A stretch of 64,000 nt of DNA from Vulcanimicrobiota bacterium (GTDB lineage: Bacteria; Vulcanimicrobiota; Vulcanimicrobiia; Vulcanimicrobiales; Vulcanimicrobiaceae): contig CAWETW010000002.1 in assembly GCA_963812155.1 (NCBI GenBank), positions 416,001-480,000 of the forward strand. Direction: 5' to 3'. The position numbers and the translations under genes were made by a program. Every line of letters starts with the position of its first letter. The first letter of the stretch is position 1. Positions 63,205-64,000 of the stretch are shown here, in pieces. Under the pieces are notes generated by a model. That model saw only the letters and a program-made list of their open reading frames with translations. It was not told where the DNA came from and did no database searches.

Positions 63205-63627
63205 CTACCCGTTGGGACGGACTCGTACGAACGTGCGCATTGCTTGCCCGATCGTCGTTGCGAATGCGGTCGGACGCTGCGCTCCTTCGCCGCCTGCAAT
63301 GAAGACGAATGTATCGCCTTCTAACGTGTAGCTTGCCGGCAAGACTTTCCCCGCGTCCGGACCGATCGAGTCGACCCAGTCAATAGCTTTCGGGCTAACC
63401 GATGCATCTATGGAGAACGTACCGTTGAGCGCGACCGACCCGTCCAAATTTCGAACGGTGAAGGAGTGCCCCGAGAACGTCGTTACTCCGCCAACGTCAA
63501 ACTCGTCGTCAGGATTTTCGATCCCGTCAGCTTCCTTACGGACCTGACGCCAGCTGCCTTGCAGTTTCGCGACTTCCCGCTCTGAAACGGCCGTCTGTTC
63601 CGGCGAGACCGGCTTTTGCTCGTTCAG
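63205..63627 (-). CDS. TIGR03067-like domain protein
   Basis: Frame open upstream of 63447: KLQGSW...GTF.ID....PKAID.....G.......Y.LEGD......RPT.F; start unclear (CTG 63627 after GAGGG). Confidence 0.7.
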   Translation of the reverse strand: MNEQKPVSPEQTAVSEREVAKLQGSWRQVRKEADGIENPDDEFDVGGVTTFSGHSFTVRNLDGSVALNGTFSIDASVSPKAIDWVDSIGPDAGKVLPASYTLEGDTFVFIAGGEGAQRPTAFATTIGQAMRTFVRVRPNG

Positions 63628-63698
63628 AACGCCCTCGAACTTTGAAAGGGCGACACACGCGGGCCGGTTCTCGCAATCACGTTGTGTTAACGCACGCC

Positions 63699-64000
63699 CT
63701 AGTGTGATGGAACGGTGGCGCGGCTGGGCGAGAGCTCGACCTCGCCGGTAATGCCGACGTTACCTTTGTGCGGGCGCCGCGCGATGTTATAGAAGTGCCA
63801 ATGCATGAGGCAGAGCGATACGAACTGGTAGAACGGCATGCGCTCGCCGCGCATTGCGAGATTCTCGTCGACGTAGAGCCGAACGTACTGCGGAAACAAA
63901 CGCCAAAACGCGGACTTTCGAGTCAACTCGCGCGCAAGCCGCAAAACGACGAGCAGGGCCCCGAAATTGCGCGTGACGGTCGAGCGGAAGCCCGTCATGC
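63699..64000 (-). CDS. 3' end of a gene truncated by the window edge (possibly DUF4070-like tail of a radical SAM protein)
   Basis: Open frame to the window edge; FW...MHWHF pattern; family call is weak. Confidence 0.45.
   Translation of the reverse strand, partial: MTGFRSTVTRNFGALLVVLRLARELTRKSAFWRLFPQYVRLYVDENLAMRGERMPFYQFVSLCLMHWHFYNIARRPHKGNVGITGEVELSPSRATVPSH

Overview
High-GC bacterial chromosome segment that spans the replication origin. Gene content (Firmicutes-like dnaX-ybaB-recR and L27 extension, a diderm lipid A/OM cluster, NHL-repeat lipoproteins) suggests a diderm Terrabacterium, most plausibly Eremiobacterota/Vulcanimicrobiota (WPS-2); this is inference only. Layout: (1-5 kb) small accessory genes, some AT-rich; (5-11.4 kb) SpoIIM-like gene converging on a MoxR/DUF58/DUF4350/DUF4129 cluster, with a ~104-nt structured hairpin between them; (11.4-18.7 kb) MOSC, prepilin-like, recR-ybaB-dnaX, RecQ with a Tudor-like tail, a secreted protein; (18.7-50 kb) one co-oriented minus-strand run dnaA-dnaN-recF-dciA-gyrB-tamB-bamA-3x ompH-lpxD-lpxC-fabZ-lpxA-lpxB-metallophosphoesterase-LpxB-like GT-O-antigen ligase-lptC-lptB-lptF/G-DUF3084-yqgF-like-OM protein-TPR-GT4; oriC elements on both sides of dnaA; (50.4-58 kb) NHL lipoprotein, rpmA-obg-nadD-DUF3465-maf-mreC-mreD-mrdA; (58-64 kb) DUF11 protein, aminotransferase, small accessory genes. 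Best candidate for a new system: a lipid A pathway with no lpxH/lpxI/lpxK/waaA in the cluster, but with a 5'-nucleotidase-like phosphoesterase carrying the LpxH-type GNR motif and an LpxB-like glycosyltransferase, both coupled to lpxB. All family calls are from motif recognition by eye, not from database searches.
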